In this document: piece by piece, positions 62,655 to 64,000 of the stretch
Layout: every line of letters begins with the position of its first letter
Position numbering within the stretch: the stretch's first letter is position 1
Assembly (NCBI RefSeq): GCF_026210795.1
Contig: NC_089432.1
Coordinates: 3,844,001-3,908,000 of the forward strand
Direction of reading: 5' to 3'
Origin: Rhizophagus irregularis
Taxonomy: Eukaryota
Length of the DNA: 64,000 nucleotides
Program-made: the position numbers and the translations under genes
Notes under the pieces: generated by a model
Seen by the model: the letters and a program-made list of their open reading frames with translations, nothing else
Told to the model about the DNA's origin: nothing
Databases searched by the model: none

Positions 62655-63628
62655 ATGCCCGCAAAACTTTCGACCGTCTGCTACGTTCATGAGTGTACTG
62701 AACGTCTTACTCAGGAGTATACCGTAAAGGAGGTTATGGTGGTAGTAAGATTAGACGATGTTGACCCGACGAAGGTGGTCTATCTTAAAGTAAAAATCTT
62801 CATACCCTCTGACCAGAACATACCGACACAGATTGAGGATTTTGAGAAAGGTGACGTGGTGTTCCTGAGAGGCAAATTCGTGGCCTGTGCCGGATGGTAC
62901 AGCGTAAGTATCCGTATGTTTTTTTAGTAACTCGTAGTTTTCCCATCCCTTCACTGATTTTATATCTTGACTACCCTAAGATAAACGCCACTTCCCTGAA
63001 GGTTATGGATAACCTGGACTTTGATACAATGCCCAGCATTGGTCTGGACATCATGATCATTGGGATTACGACGAAAACGGTTCAGAATGTCGACGGTAAA
63101 TCTGTCTTAGACTTTTACGTGGAGGAGAACCTCAGTGATTGTGAACCCCGTGATTTTTGGGTTGAAGTCAGTCATGACCCTAATGTAAGGTACCTTTCGA
63201 ACAAGACCAACTCGATCAATCAATCGATGCGTTCTACTACGGCGATAATTATGGGCACGATCGTTTATCAAGCGCCCGTTATCAATGAGGTCACTCAAGA
63301 AGAATCATCCCCCGGTAAACATGTCATTAACCTTGAAGACATCTCGTTGATCTCCACGAATCGCAACAGCGCCAATGCCGCGCAATCGTTGAACCTCCCA
63401 TGGTTGAACGCCCAAGCTAATGGAAGACACGGTAGTAGATCGAACCGAAGTCCCAGGGGTGCAACTCCCAGAACCTCACGTAGAGGACGAACTACTCTGT
63501 CCCAGATGAATCAACCGGCCAGAAATCAGAATATTTCGGCCGCCTTGGAGGCGAACCCAATACTGACCATGGCTGATTCTACAAGTTCCACCAGTCATAA
63601 CCCCATTTCTGAAGAGCAAGCCGATTAA
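62655..63628 (+). CDS. Hypothetical ~298-aa protein (possible tandem OB folds and disordered tail), one intron 62904-62980
   Basis: Donor AGC|GTAAGT, acceptor TAAG|ATA; a phase-0 join gives an uninterrupted frame. FEKGDVVFLRGKF is OB-like (inference only). Confidence 0.7.
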
Positions 63629-64000
63629 TCATATCTAAACCTGACAAAACCTATCATCTTCAGTTCTATTTTCTTTTACTTTATTTTCTCCGTGTAAAAA
63701 AAAAAAAATCAATAAAATTACATGTTTCATACCATGATTTTGATAAGATATCCTCTCGTTATAATGTATTTACGGGATCAACTCTCTTATTCTTGTAATT
63801 TTTTCTACGTTAGTCTCATCTTCACCTCGATGATCCCATAGATCGTTTTCCTTTACCTCTCACATCGTGACTTTAGTTCACAACTTATTAAATGACAAAT
63901 GATAAATTATAATGTACCTCCGAAAAAATAAAAACTATATCATTTAAAATTGTAAAATATGAAAAAAAAGAGTATGTCATCATAATAAATTAAAAAGCAC

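Overview
AT-rich, intron-containing eukaryotic DNA, most consistent with an arbuscular-mycorrhizal (Glomeromycota, Rhizophagus-like) fungus; this is inferred from the gene families, not proven. Almost the whole window is a deeply nested stack of transposons. The centrepiece is a complete ~14.7-kb element (14535-29230) with ~463-bp TIRs and a 5-bp TSD (ACTTC). It has a Polinton/Maverick-like DNA module: rve integrase with chromodomain, A32/FtsK-like ATPase, compact family-B DNA polymerase, D5-like SF3 helicase and a small Cys4 protein. I could not recognise a double-jelly-roll capsid or cysteine protease. Instead it encodes a Ty3/gypsy-like Gag joined by an A_AAA_AAG -1 frameshift site to a retropepsin, with no reverse transcriptase. 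It sits inside a related element (14074-32208), which in turn interrupts an RNase H-bearing non-LTR retroelement. Other features: three nested CACAG-terminated CACTA-type ends, CMC-like transposons with CTT termini and 2-bp TSDs, arrays of micro-exons separated by near-identical hairpin introns, many MITEs, a MULE-like relic, a RecQ fragment, a Crinkler (CRN) NTPase-REase gene and one conserved-looking hypothetical gene. Most TE genes carry C>T/G>A nonsense changes or frameshifts. All protein assignments are by motif recognition; no searches were run.
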